From Octopus vulgaris (Eukaryota), in assembly GCA_951406725.2 (NCBI GenBank), contig OX597814.1, positions 197,284,001 through 197,348,000 on the forward strand: DNA of 64,000 nt, in the 5' to 3' direction. How positions within the stretch are numbered: the stretch's first letter is position 1; each line of letters starts with the position of its first letter. Shown piece by piece: positions 1 to 13,395 of the stretch. Made by a program: the position numbers and the translations under genes. The notes under the pieces were generated by a model. That model saw only the letters and a program-made list of their open reading frames with translations. It made no database searches and was not told the origin of the DNA.

Positions 1-544
1 CATTATAAGTTGGGAAGTATTACGTGTGCGGAAACATATCTGTAGGTATAAAACAAATATGAAAGAAAAACCGCTAGAAAGAAGTGTGTATATGTTTGTG
101 AGTGCATGAAGGATATAAAGAAAGGAAGAACAGACGATGGAAACAATGAAGGAATAAACAATTTTTTTTTTAAATATTTGTTTCAGAAAATGTCAGAATA
201 TATCGTGTATACTTGAACGATATGTGTAAATTAGAAATAGTAACACTATATATTTTCGGGATAATACATGGATTAGAATTATCCGTATAATCTATAAAGG
301 ATTTAGAATGCTACTTCGGTATTTTTTGAGTGAAAAAAATTCTTTTCATCCAATTATGTGCATTAAACGAAAGAGAAATGAGATAATCGCCAAAATCGGA
401 ATTTCAACAATAGTTTGTTCCTTTTCCAATCAATTTTTCAACGCATCCGAGCAAATCACGCAACGCATATTATAATTTATATTTCATAAAAATAGATTTT
501 TATTAATCTCTTCGTGTCATAAACTTAAATAGATTCATAGTATG

Positions 545-597
<53 letters not shown>

Positions 598-3001
598 TTT
601 ACTATCAGTAAAATGGATGTCGTAACAATTTCTGATACGCCGAATGCGAATTTTGATGAAGGACTTAAGACAGATATGACCGACTCCTCAAGCTACATTA
701 CTCAAAATCGAGATGGCACTCACTGCGCGACCCTGAGACATTCTACATACCCAACTATTTACCAGAATCCTGAATACACAACGACTTACCACATATGTCT
801 AAACACTTTCCTCTCTGGTCAATTCCCTCATCAACTTTTTCAAATATCACTTGAAAAGGAAAGTGAGAGTAGAGAGGCAAATTTTGTCTGGCGAATGTTT
901 AAAAAAAAGATGGGTGAATGTAGCAAGGATGGCACGTATGAATGACGAAGCCACCTTGAGCATGATCCTATGAACCCGGAAAATTTAAAACAGAGGGTTA
1001 CCTACTTGCAAACAAATGTGGTAACATGTAACATTATTGACAAGGTTACCGTGGTCTTTTCCCTAAGCTTATCTTCCCACAGATAAACCTTATCTGCTTC
1101 CCCCATTACACTTTACATCATGACACTGTGATACACAGTCCGTATTGATCGTTTTTTTCTTTCCTCTTCCCTTTTACGATCCCTTTTGACCGAAAACCTA
1201 CCCCACCTTTTTTTCCTCGCCCAAAAAAGAAAAGCTCTACTTTGTCATCTGTCCCGCCTGTATGCAGCCCTGTGTGTCTAATAAAGAAACATATTCTCGC
1301 CAGCAGCAAACGTATCTTCTCCCAAAACAGAATTCATTCATACATTTCGCTAGCCTACACCAATTTCTCCATCACATCCAATATGTCACAAGCGGTTACC
1401 ATTTATTTGGGTAACAACATTCATAATTTATCCATACTAGTCTCTTAGAATGATATAGGAATGTTTGTTTTATGAATTCCGTGTTTCTGTTTTGATTCTA
1501 TCTTTGTAAATAGTGTCTTACATTGGATGTGGAATTTGTTGCAATCCAGTCATTGGACATATCCTGTTGACAGTGCGCAAGAATTCCAATCTAACCTCGA
1601 AACTAACGGAGACGAGAAGGGTATCTTGTATAATATAAAATAACAAATCAATTTTCAGAAACCCTATGTATGACCATATCACAATTAGAAATTATCAAGG
1701 GAATTTAATCCTTAAATAATAATAGGGGCTTCAAATTTTGACACAAGGCATGCAATGTTAAGTGGGGAAAGGGTTAGTTGATTACATTGCCATAGTCCTT
1801 GACTGATAATTTATTTTATCAACACTGAAAAGATGAAATGCAAGTCGACCTTGATGGAATTTGACTCATAACGTAAAGAGCCGGCAAAATACCGCTAAGC
1901 CTATTCTCAGACACGTTTGTGATTCTGTCACTTCCCCATTTTAATATATATTATACTAATACGATGATCTCACTGCTGAAAATGTCGGTCAGTAGCAACG
2001 ACAGAACAACTAATAACTTATTAGTGAAAGATGCCAACAGGTGTTAATTCTAATATTAATCTTCCTAAAAATATTGGTACTTTCAGAACTTGAAGTCCTA
2101 ATATTGACGGCATTTGAGGGGGGTTAGCTGGTAGAATCGTTAGCACGCCGGGTAAAATTTTTAGCGGCATTTCGCCCGTGTTTATGTTTTGAGTTCAGAT
2201 TCCACCATGGTCGACTTTGTCCTACATCCCTTTAAAGTTGCTAAAATAGTTACCATTTGAGCACTGGCATGGATAAAGTCGACTTAACACTTTCCTCGAT
2301 ATTGCTGGTCTTGTGCTAAAATTTGGAATCTGTTTGAAACCAATATTGAGGCGACTTAAATTCATATATGAAATTCATACATGAAATTGATATATGAAAA
2401 ATATGGACATGAAATAATATTTATATCACCCATTTATATACGTAATATATCATTTTATTTTATATGTTTATAAATCTGTTTTCCAAGTTTAATGGAGCTT
2501 TTCATTCTCTACGATTCCCGATATTTATTTTCTCTCTCGTTCTCTATGATGCCCAGTATTAATATGCTGTCTGTGCAAAAGACTTAAAGACTATAAAAAT
2601 ATCTCATCAAAATAACGCCAAGGGTGTAAAGTGTTTAAACGATCCATTCGGTTATATATATTGCTTTAAAATAGTTAAAATAAAGCATCACCTTCAAAGC
2701 TATTTACGATATTTCAGGTTATGAATTAAGCGTGAGGACAGCACCGTAATGTCTTCTATTAATAAGATATTTGAAGCTGTCAGGGGATATGCGTATACGC
2801 GCGTAACACATGAAAGCACGCACATAATACGCAGGTAAACGCGGGAAAAACGCAAATATATATGCATAACGTATATCCACAAACACATACGTATTCACAA
2901 AAAGCCATTACATATATATGTGTGTGTGTGTGTGTGTGTGTTTACTTATCCATTTAAATCACCAGTGAACTAAACCATCATATTATATATATATACATAT
3001 G

Positions 3002-3081
<80 letters not shown>

Positions 3082-3346
3082 CATATGTATACATATAGAT
3101 ACATATATTTATATAAATATATACATATATTTATACATATATATATATATATAGATAGATACATATATTTATATAAATATATACATATATATACATATAT
3201 ATAGATACATATATACATACATATATATATATATATACATATATACATATATCTACATATATATACATACATATATACATATATATATATACATGCATAT
3301 ATCTACATATATATACATACATATATACATATATATATATACATAT

Positions 3347-3390
<44 letters not shown>

Positions 3391-3404
3391 GCATAGATCT
3401 ACAT

Positions 3405-3466
<62 letters not shown>

Positions 3467-6295
3467 TGTGTTGATTATATGACGTGAAAGCAGCGAACCA
3501 GAGAACCGATGAGGAGGGGGTGGATTATCACGGTTTTGGTTTTGAATCTTCTGAACAGATTACCGAAAACAACATCCGCCAAAATGAAATATATAATATC
3601 AAAATTATTTCTAGTATTATCCAAGTTTGATGAAGTTGATGATATACTAGTATCTGTGTATATATAAGATATATGATGTCGTGATATATAGTCTATAACA
3701 TGATTGTCATTCTAATGATTCTATGCCTGAGCCGCTAGTAATATTCTCTTAATTTCATTGCAAGTAGTTCGGCTGATTTCACAGAGGCGTGTAGGCTCTA
3801 CTAGCTTTCAAAGTAACATTGTATACGCTATGTGTCGAATAAAGGAATTCAAACCAACAAGGTATATCATAATGCCATATTACAACCCTTTAAGCGAACT
3901 ATAACATGTTCATGGTCGACTAGTCAGCTACAATATTTAGTATATTAAAGGAATCCTTAATGTAATTATATTTGCGACAGCTTCATGCTAAATCAAACAT
4001 ACAATTTACCTTTTTTTTTATGATCGTTATCAAAGTTGGGTTGTTTTATTACTTTCCCCTTCTTTTATTTCTACCCCGCCCCCAAACGATGCATTTTTAT
4101 GATACTGGAACTATTTCAGTTGGACATTTTTCTTGATTATTGGTTTCATATAATTCCCAAGTTTCGTCCTAATTGTACATCACACTGAATCAATGAGTCT
4201 TCTAGTGATCACTGGAAACCTTGACTGTTGCAGTTTGTAAAGAAAATTTCGAAATGCATAGCAATAATTTCAAAGCATCGTAATCAATAAACCGGTATTC
4301 AAATAACATCCTAGGAAAAAAAAGAGACAAGACATACAGTTTGATTAATGCTTTTATTTATTTTTTTTCCTCCTCTATGCTTTGCGTCTCTGTTTTTTAA
4401 TAATATTATTGATCGACAACTGTAGCGTAGTTTCTGCTGCTGTGCTAAATAAACTTTCAGAAGGTGACTAGAAAACAAGTGATAACTATTAATTAAGCGA
4501 GTAGCCAGCTTTTGAAGAGCATTTCAGACACAACGTTTATTTTTCAGTGAAATGACGCTTTCATTACGCGACATAATGTTCAATTTATACGAATCGCATA
4601 AGATAACCACTCCATCACGATGATAACAGCTACCATGTCAGCATCAAAAATCATTAAACATATTTTGTTACTTTAATTTTAGTACAACGTAAATAATTGT
4701 CAACTTTTAATTTTAGTCAATAGTTATCAAAGTTTTTAATCATAAAAATCCAATAATGCTGCCAGTAACTAGTTCGATGAGCTGGCGGAATGAGAAAGAT
4801 AAAAAAAAAAGTGTCTCAAAAAATTTTTCTTGTCTGGAAATGTGCTACCAACCGTGTCAGTAACTTTGACAATGTTTCGATCCTTGATTGCTAGATATCA
4901 CTCTCATTTACAGTCCTAAAACCCTGTGTGAACTGTGATCGTCACTCTTTATATTCCCGATTCTTATTAAAGGAATTTTCGTACCTATTCAAAAAACAAC
5001 CATGATTCATCTAATTTTCCCATATTTTGATGTAAAGCCACAGCAGAATTAATACTGCATAAAGTGTTCTGAATATTATTATTGCTATTATTCAGTAGTC
5101 TTCTTCTTCTCCTTCTTCTTCTCCTACTTCTCCTTCTCTTTCTTCTTCTTATCATCATCATCATTATTATTTATTTATTTATTCCTGGTATCAGTCATTG
5201 GGGCAACGCCTCCCACAGAATTAGTTTAGTTTCATCGACGTGCCAAGAAAAGCGAGGGAAATGCGCCCATTTTCACATTTGGGGGTGTTAGCAAAAACAA
5301 CAAAACGTTATTTTGCTATTCTACTGATTCTCAAATTTACACGACATGTAGTTAAACAGGCAGCTAAACTTTGACACGCTTTGTTTGTCAGACTGAATAA
5401 AGGGACGTCTGCATTATTTTCTAGACCCTAGTATATGGTAGTATCGATCGTGGTCAATTCACTTTGTCTGAAAATTCGCGTCTGGAGAGAAGTAAATATA
5501 TATATAACTTCTGAGAGAAGGTTATTCAACTGTAGGAATGATAGGATAAAACATCATGCAAGTTCTCTTAGGTAAGAGAAAATGAAAGTAGAAGTAAAGG
5601 ATTTTTCATAAATATGGCGTAACGTTTTGCGAATATTCACAGGAGAAGGGATTGATATATATATGCATTAGATGAATCGCAGAATACAACGAGTATATAT
5701 GAGCTCATAACTGAAGCCTTGTCGAGCATCTAAATTTAGTTATAGTGCATGATGTTTGTGCGAGTAAGCAGCGTATGTCCACATCAAATATTTGGGTAGT
5801 ATTCGAATCGCGGATCGCCCGTTTGCTTCACGGAAAGTTTTGATACCATATTAGAATAAATGCGTAAATAAAGTTAACAGTCTTTGTGTGTTACTGTATG
5901 GCTAACTTGTGTCTTTCACGCTGCAACCGCATATTTATTAGTTTTATCGGCCTTAGATGAAAGACACTCTTGTCTACATATGGAGATACCGACAAATACC
6001 ACAAGATAATTTTGTATGATGCTCAACTGGTTATTGCATCTGCCCGTCAGACAGTTATTAAGTTGTTAAATTAGATAAACATTATATGCTAGACAGAAAG
6101 AAGAAACTATAAACACTTGTTTTCTTTACTTTGAAGTTGGATAAATTAATTGTTTACGTAGACTAAATATTTGAATCTTAATTAATGTAATTAAACTAAT
6201 TTTCTATATATTCAAATGTTCAAATGATGCTAGATATAAAGACTACCTGTATATCTAGCATCATCTATACACACATGCCTATATTTATATATGTA

Positions 6296-7328
6296 CTGGG
6301 TGTTTGGGAAACATGTGAGGAAAATAAAATACAACATACCCTCCAAAACTAAGAGTATTTTAAGGATACAAAAATATCAACGAGATTATGGCTGGGAGAC
6401 AACAGTTTACAAACAGTAAATTATTAGTTTCCACCACGACCTCAAAACAGCTCTGGGACCTGGAAAGATCTTCAAAATACCCCTCAATCTTGGTTACCAG
6501 CTCAACTTTGGTGAAGCTGGCAGAACTGTTGATGTCATTCTCAACTGCATCCGAAATATAGTAACCCGACCAGGGATTGACCACAATTTGCAGGAGCTTC
6601 ACATAGCTATCTGAAATGAGACTGAAGCCCTGTGCAAAGATTGGAAGCACTCCGTCGGTTACGACAATGAGGGTTCCGGTTGATCCGAGTCAACGGAACA
6701 GCCTGCTCGTGAAATTAACGTGTAAGTGGCTGAGCACTCCACAGACACGTGCACCCTTAACGTAGTTCTCGGGGATATTCAGCGTGACAAGGCCGGCCCC
6801 TTGAAATACAGGTACAACAGAAACAGGAAGTAAGAGTGAGAGAAAGTTGTAGTGAAAGAGTACAGCAGGGATCACCACCATCCCCTGCCGGAGCATCGTG
6901 GAGCTTTTTGGTGTTTTCGCTCAATAAACACTCACAACGCCCGGTCTGGGAATCGAAACCGCGATCCTATGACCGCGAGTCCGCTGGGGGACGAAGTCTG
7001 AACGCTTGATGTTTCCGTTGTTGCTGGTCACTGCGTCATAGTCTCCATTGCACCTGTCCGCTTCACATATTACAGTTTTTACAATGTGCTCAGAGCTTTG
7101 AGACGCAGGGATTTCGATACCCGGCGCAAATCTTCATGGTAGAGGAAAATCTTTTCCAATATTCATATAGCTTCTAGTTTTCCGTTTCAGCCAGCTTTTT
7201 CTCAACTGCAACATTAATCTTCATGCATTCTAACGCCAGTGACTGTTCACCAAATCATCAAACTGTTCCTGAAATAATGGCTGAGAGTGGGGGCTTAAAC
7301 GGTCATCAGATTTAGCCCGAACAGTCTC
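6296..7328 (-). mobile_element. Decayed, internally deleted Tc1/mariner-type DNA transposon, interrupted by a SINE at ~6646-6985
   Basis: Left end TA|CTGGGTGTTTGGGAAACATGTGA; degenerate matching right end TCAGATTTAGCCCGAACAGTCTC|TA (~16/25). Minus-strand peptides PIFAQGFSLISDSYVKLLQIVVNPW and NSSASFTKVELVTKIEGYFEDLSR resemble mariner/maT transposase segments. 6990-7140 gives the N-terminal-like peptide VKTVICEADRCNGDYDAVT...KRSDFV. Family call is from memory. Confidence 0.65.
6646..6985 (-). mobile_element. tRNA-derived SINE (family C head, tail type 3)
   Basis: Reverse complement GCGGACTCGCGGTCATAGGATCGCGGTTTCGATTCCCAGACCGGGCG matches the heads at 14950, 42041 and 52298. The tail ...GTCGTAACCGACGGAGTGC recurs at 38665, 40745, 47660 and 49230. 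Confidence 0.85.
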
Positions 7329-7526
7329 TATGTGTGTGTGTAGGTGTGTTGTGTTGTGTGCGTGTGTGTGTAATCAACAGAAGTTACAGAGCGGTTCTAA
7401 GGCCAAGAATTTCGAGTATTGCCTTATCAAAGAGCCAGTGAACGAAACACTCAGACTTTGAATCAATCTCAAATTTCTGGCGAATATTGTTAATCAAATT
7501 TACATATATGTATGTACTCATTATTA

Positions 7527-7680
7527 TGGCGTAGTGGTTAAGAGCGCGGGCTACTAACCCCAAGATTCCGAGTTCGATTCCAGGCAGAAACCTGAATAAT
7601 GATAATAATAATAACAACAACAATAACGAAAAATACCTTAGAAATGAGAACCCAGGTTCGAAATTTCACCCAAGACACAT
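7527..7680 (+). mobile_element. tRNA-like head (Ser-like) followed by (AAT)n; SINE-like fragment or tRNA pseudogene
   Basis: Box A TGGCGTAGTGG, arm GGG-CTACTAA-CCC, box B GAGTTCGATTCC. No intact acceptor stem. Confidence 0.6.
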
Positions 7681-7931
7681 CTCTTTTTATCTTTTATTTG
7701 TTTCGGTTATTAGGGTTCATACGTTGCTGGTGCAGACTTGAAGAATTTTGAGTCGAATGAATCGCCCCAATATTCAACTTTGTTTAAACTTGGTCTCTTT
7801 CAACAAAACGCATCAACACCGATTGTCAGGCTGTGGTAGGGGACATACACAGACACAAAGATACACATGCATTCATACACGCATATATACAAGCATTATA
7901 TACACACATACATACACACACACACACACAC

Positions 7932-7970
<39 letters not shown>

Positions 7971-7974
7971 CTCT

Positions 7975-8380
7975 CTCTCTTTTACTTGTTTCAGTCATTT
8001 GACGGCGGCCATGCTGGAGCACCGCCTTTAATCGAGCTACTCGACCCCGGGACTTATTCTTTTGTAAGCCCAGTACTTATTCTATCGGTCTCTTTTGCCG
8101 AACCTCTAAGTAACAGGGACATAAACACACCAGCATCGGTTGTCAAGCAATGCTAGGGGGACAAACACAGACACACAAACACACACACGCATATATATAT
8201 ATACATATATATACATATATACGACGGGCTTCTTTCAGTTTCCGTCTACCAAATCGACTCACAAGGCTTTGGTCGGCCCGAGGCTATAGCAGAAGACACT
8301 TGCCCAAGGTGCCACGCAGTGGGACTGAACCCGGAACCATGTGGTTGGTAAACAGGCTACTTACAACACAGCCACTCCTA
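7975..8380 (-). mobile_element. Near-full-length tRNA-headed SINE, family A (CORE-like middle)
   Basis: Reverse complement of the ~400-bp copies at 25104, 50681 and 59838, with box A/B, CCTTGGGCAAGTG and a (TAAAAGAG)n tail. Confidence 0.9.
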
Positions 8381-8468
8381 TATATATGTAATTGTTAAAA
8401 TGGACAACAAACGTTAAGGCAAAGCAAACATCTCATGTTGTATACAATATTATTATTGGAAAAAAATT

Positions 8469-8528
8469 CAGTCTTACAGCTGTTTCTGTGATATCCCCGA
8501 GTACGGGATATTCTATCATCAGAGCACT
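8469..8528 (-). ncRNA. Minimal type I hammerhead ribozyme-like motif (Penelope/retrozyme type)
   Basis: Minus strand agtgct-CTGATGA-tagaATATCCCgtactcgGGGATATcaca-GAAA-CAGCTG-TA-agact: both core boxes, a 7-bp stem II, a palindromic stem III, a GUA site and a partial stem I. Confidence 0.65.
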
Positions 8529-8583
8529 TACCTAGAGTACCTAATCGTTTAGATCACCAGTGAACTAAAATCCCATACTTTAG

Positions 8584-8637
<54 letters not shown>

Positions 8638-10917
8638 GGTCTTCTTTTAGTTTCCATCTACCAAATCCACTCAGAACGCTCTGGTCGGCCTGAAGCTATC
8701 GTGGGAGATACCCAAGGTACCACACAGTGGAATTGAACCCGAGTCTAGGTGGTCCGAAAGTAAGATTCTTACCACACAGTCATGCCATATTCTTTCGCTT
8801 TGACAAACTCATGTCTATATGGTTAATAAACGTCTGTTTTATCTAAGGATATTTTAAGTGCTTCATAAATATATTACACATTTTTAATGCGTTTTATGTT
8901 GTTTGTTTTGATATGACACTGTTTTGTCACGTTTACCTCCTCTTTCTTTCTTCTTCTTTTTTTTTTGTTTGCCTCACCGTTCTCATTATTTACACGATGT
9001 CTGCAGTAATGAGAGCAGATTCTGAATATTTTTTCTTTAATGTCTGTAGACATCATGAAGAGATACAACTCTGAATAAACATTAAAAATGTTAAAACATT
9101 TTCATGCATTAGAATCACGTAATCGGTAAACAAGAAAATATTTCTAACGACTAGATGCTTTTATGGGTCGCCAAAACTGTTAGCGGTTTTTTTAACATTA
9201 TATGTAATTAGTATGAACTAAGATAAACATTGAAAAAAAATCTCCATTATATGTAAAATATTGTTTTCAATATAGTTTTATGTATAAAACAGATTTTTTT
9301 TTCTACTTTTCTCTCCTGCTTTTGAAACAATACTTTTAAAAAAAAATTCTTGCAATTCAATAAAAGCTAATATAGTTAATGCATAATTATTATTGAATAT
9401 TTTCCTCATATCAATTAATACGTGATTGGAAAATGATAAGAATGATCTTGATTATTAGAATAACGATTATGGTAGTGATAAAGGCAGTAACTTAAATCAA
9501 TATTGATATCACTCGCCGAAATGGTTTTATCTATTGATCAGCAATTTAAATTAATAAAGAAAATGAATATCGATAGTTGAATTTCGAAATCTGTTGGACT
9601 AATTCATCAATTTCAAATTTTCATCAACTGATAAGGAAAGCCCCATTTATATGCAATGTAACTTAATGGCAATTAACTACTTTATTTAGCAGAGAATTAT
9701 AACGGTAAAATGAAGTCCATGTTCTTTAAAGTCGAATCAATTATAAATGATCGCTTATGAAGTAAGTTAGTTGACTAATTTTTTAACTATATACGTGTGA
9801 TTATTTACACATAAAACATGTGTGCATTGAAATATTTTAGCATACAAACATTATTCATATGTAAGTGATTATTGCAGCATTTCTGAATCCTTTTGATTTC
9901 ATGACGCACTAGAAATGAATTGATAATAGGCTGGTGCACCAGGCGTTTCAAATGTTTAAAAGACTCTTCAAGTTAAACATTTCGATGGAGAAACAAATCT
10001 GTAGCTTGCGTTGTTTTATTAATCAAACTTGTATGGTTTATAAAACAAAATTTTATTTATATCAAAAATATAAATATCATGCGTTTTAAAACTGTCAGGT
10101 GCTATTGTGGATTTTCTAAAGATTTCATTTATACGTCGTTTCAAACCTTCCGGGTACCGTTTGAATACAGCTGGTATATTGTATAAACATTGTATATTGT
10201 ATAAACATAGATATTCACACGTACCTGAGTAAATTGCGAAGAAGATATCACGAGAAATATGCGTAACAAAAGTTATTCCCTGTTCAATCTTTATAAAATT
10301 TGTTCTATCTTACAGTTCAAGAATTTAGAGATAAACTTCAAGCTATACTTCATACTTCCATCTCCTCTGTGTCCTTTCATGTTTACATATCAACACATTT
10401 TATGGCACATGTCTACCAGACACTAAATATATTCTTTGAGCGAGGCTGCCAAAGTCTTAAAGACAGCTTATATAAGCAAAAGAATAATTTAACTGTTTAT
10501 CTGCTGAGCAAAGAATATCGATAACATTATCTTTGCTGAGAATGTATTGAACAGGTAATTGATTCCACTCTCATGTGAACAAAGACAAATTTTGATACGT
10601 GGCTTGGCGATGTATCGATAGCAAAGTAACTTAGCATTGAATTCTTACAACAAATAATGTAATGTTTAATTTCAGACAAGATTAAGTAACGTTAACTTAA
10701 AGTCTAACATATTAATTCTGGTTGGTTTATGCAGTGATATGACATTTGAACTTTCATCTGGGCAACTGTCGTACATTTCCTTCTTGAACTGCACAAACCC
10801 AAGCTCAAAATATCAAACTACAGAAAAAGGCAAATAATTCATTTGTTGGGTAAGCAGAAGCTTCAGGTATTTTGTGACGAAGCACATATATCAATATATT
10901 TAAGTGGCTTTCTTGTC

Positions 10918-11740
10918 ATGGTGGCGAAGTGGCAGAACCATTAGCAAGCTGGGTAAAATGCTTAGCGGCTTTTGTCTCTCTTTACTATCTGAGTTCAAAC
11001 TCCGCCGAGGTAGGCTTTGCCCCTAACCATAATTCTTAATAGTAATATTTATAGTAATAATAATAATAATAATGGTTTTTATGCCATGATGCGGTACCAG
11101 ACAGTTGCTCTCATGGCTTCTGATCTTAATTGTTTGGAAGTGTTATCATGTACATCGTTTTGTCTTGGTATAAAAGATGGGCTACAACAAATATTCGGCT
11201 CCACACCACAGATTTGCTTGTCATTTGTTTGACCATAACCAGTTGAGCATGTCCCTTAGTGGGTGACGATATGTGCATCTCTGATCATGAGCAGAAGTAG
11301 TGAGGGAGCATCATAGCCGTGTGTTGAAAGGAATTCTTGGAAGTTTGGATAATTCACCTTTGGAAACATGGGTGTTTCGTTCAACATCCTTAAACAATTC
11401 TTATTCAGGGACCTTTTGAGCGGGATGGGCTACTCGACCAGAAGAAAATTCTAACTGGGCCCCAACTACAAGGTCATGCGCTGTTTATCTTGATATGAGA
11501 TCACCCTGTCGCGCACATATGGTTGTGATGCATGTGCCTGGTGTACCCTTATCAGACAGGTAGTCATGATGTATATACTGGGTTTCATATATTTTACCCC
11601 CAGTTTCACATTGATGGCATGGCATACACTGCTCTCTCGCTCAATAATAATAAAATTATTACCAGTTCAGCACTGGGGCCGATGTAATCGACTTACTCTC
11701 TTCACCGAAATGGCTTGCTTTGTGCCAAAGTTTGAAACCA
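10918..11740 (+). mobile_element. Old family B SINE split by a nested insertion
   Basis: Head GTGGCAGAACCATTAGC...GAGTTCAAACTCCGCCGAGG at 10918-11020; the body resumes ACCAGTTCAGCACTGGGGCCGATGTAATCGAC at ~11655-11740. Confidence 0.7.
11075..11652 (+). mobile_element. 5'-truncated 3' end of a non-LTR retroelement inserted in (AAT)n (Dong/R4-like)
   Basis: Flanked by AAT repeats and ends ...CTCTCTCGCTC(AAT)n. A shorter copy with the same 3' end lies at 61062-61236 on the minus strand. The clade call is inference. Confidence 0.6.
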
Positions 11741-12257
11741 CCACATTAATTGTTTTTAGGATCTATTCATGACGTTTTAAAAGCTATTACACAGCTACTA
11801 AAAACATGTTAATATACTTTTAAGATAATCGATGCAAAACACTACACCACTGCGCTATAGACCCCAAAATATTACTTTTCCTTTTTAAGAAACAGTTTCT
11901 TTTGAGTTCCAGGCATGTTTTTCAAAGAAACCGAAGTGTTTTAATAATTATGTTAAATTTGCACATTACGGCTTATAATGTTACTTAATTCAACTGTATT
12001 CTTTTATATTTTATCTTTCACATGTTTCAGTCATTAGACTGCGGTCATGCTGGGGCACTGCTGCATTACGGACTCATAAACACAACGACGCCGTTTGTCA
12101 AGCGATGGGGGTGACAAAAGCAACACAACGACACACAGATATACAATATACTAGCCGCATGGAATTCTTTCATTCTCTAGGTCTGACGAAATATTTGCTA
12201 GAAATTATAACAGAATACCCTATCTGTTGAAAATTTGTATTTTTGCAACTGAGGATA

Positions 12258-12355
<98 letters not shown>

Positions 12356-12964
12356 TATATATATATATACAATATATCACGGATTTATTTCAGTTTTTTT
12401 CCGCCATTTCCGCTCACAAGTGTTCGGTCAGCACAAGGTAATAGAAGATTAAACTTACCCAAAGTGCCACATGGTAGAACTGAACACTGAATCTTTAGGT
12501 TGGGCACCAAACGTCCTACCACACAGCCTCACCTGCGCCTCTCAACCTTATTATATAAGTCATATATTATTGCCCAGCACATCATTGATAATAAATTTCC
12601 TTCTGTCGTGAAAAACAGGCACAAACGTTGATAATAGTTTTTAGATGCTTCTATAAATTTAGGAGACAACTATCTAATGCAGGCAGAATGTTTTGTCATG
12701 AGTCTCTGCCATATTATAAGAGTAACATTAGCGCACCGTAGCATACACACACATACACACAGGCGCACGCAAATGCGGACGCAAACCCGAACATACTCGC
12801 AGGGGCTTAGTTCACAGATGGATTAAACGGTTAGTTACACTAGGTAAGTGCTGTAATGGATTACTAGGGCTCCAAAGTTATAGCCGAGTCAGTAGTTATG
12901 GAGCCATTGCTAATTCCCGATGCAGCGGATATGTATGTATGTATGTATATACATATATATATTT

Positions 12965-13292
12965 GCTGAGACCCCTTCAGTCATGAATGACCATGGGATA
13001 GCACCTAGAAAGTTACCATCCCAGGCACAAGTCCGGGAAAGGTTGATTATTGAAGACCAGCAGTCGCCCATGCATACTAGCCTCCCCTTCTTCATGCCAC
13101 CAAGGGAAAAGCAAGGGCCGATACAGTTTGGCACCTGTGACGTCGCAACTCATTTATACAGCTGAGTGAACTGGAGCAATGTGAAATGAAGTATCTTGCT
13201 CAAGAACACAAGACGTAGCCCGCTCTGGGATTCGAACTCACAACCTCACGATCGTAAGCTCGACGCTCTAACCACTAAGCCAAGCGCCTTCA
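12965..13292 (-). mobile_element. tRNA-headed SINE, family D
   Basis: Reverse complement GTGAAGGCGCTTGGCTTAGTGGTTAGAGCG...GAGTTCGAATCCC; close paralogue at 57950-58292. Confidence 0.85.
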
Positions 13293-13307
13293 CACACACA
13301 CACACAC

Positions 13308-13395
<88 letters not shown>

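Noticed and set aside
613-1448. 110-aa ORF and neighbouring ORFs
   Set aside because: No recognisable domain or splice structure. Possibly a decayed retroelement, but I cannot support a call.
6224-6264. 15-bp perfect hairpin ATGATGCTAGATATA/TATATCTAGCATCAT (also a short hairpin at ~35372-35410) as pre-miRNA
   Set aside because: Stems too short and no recognisable conserved miRNA seed.
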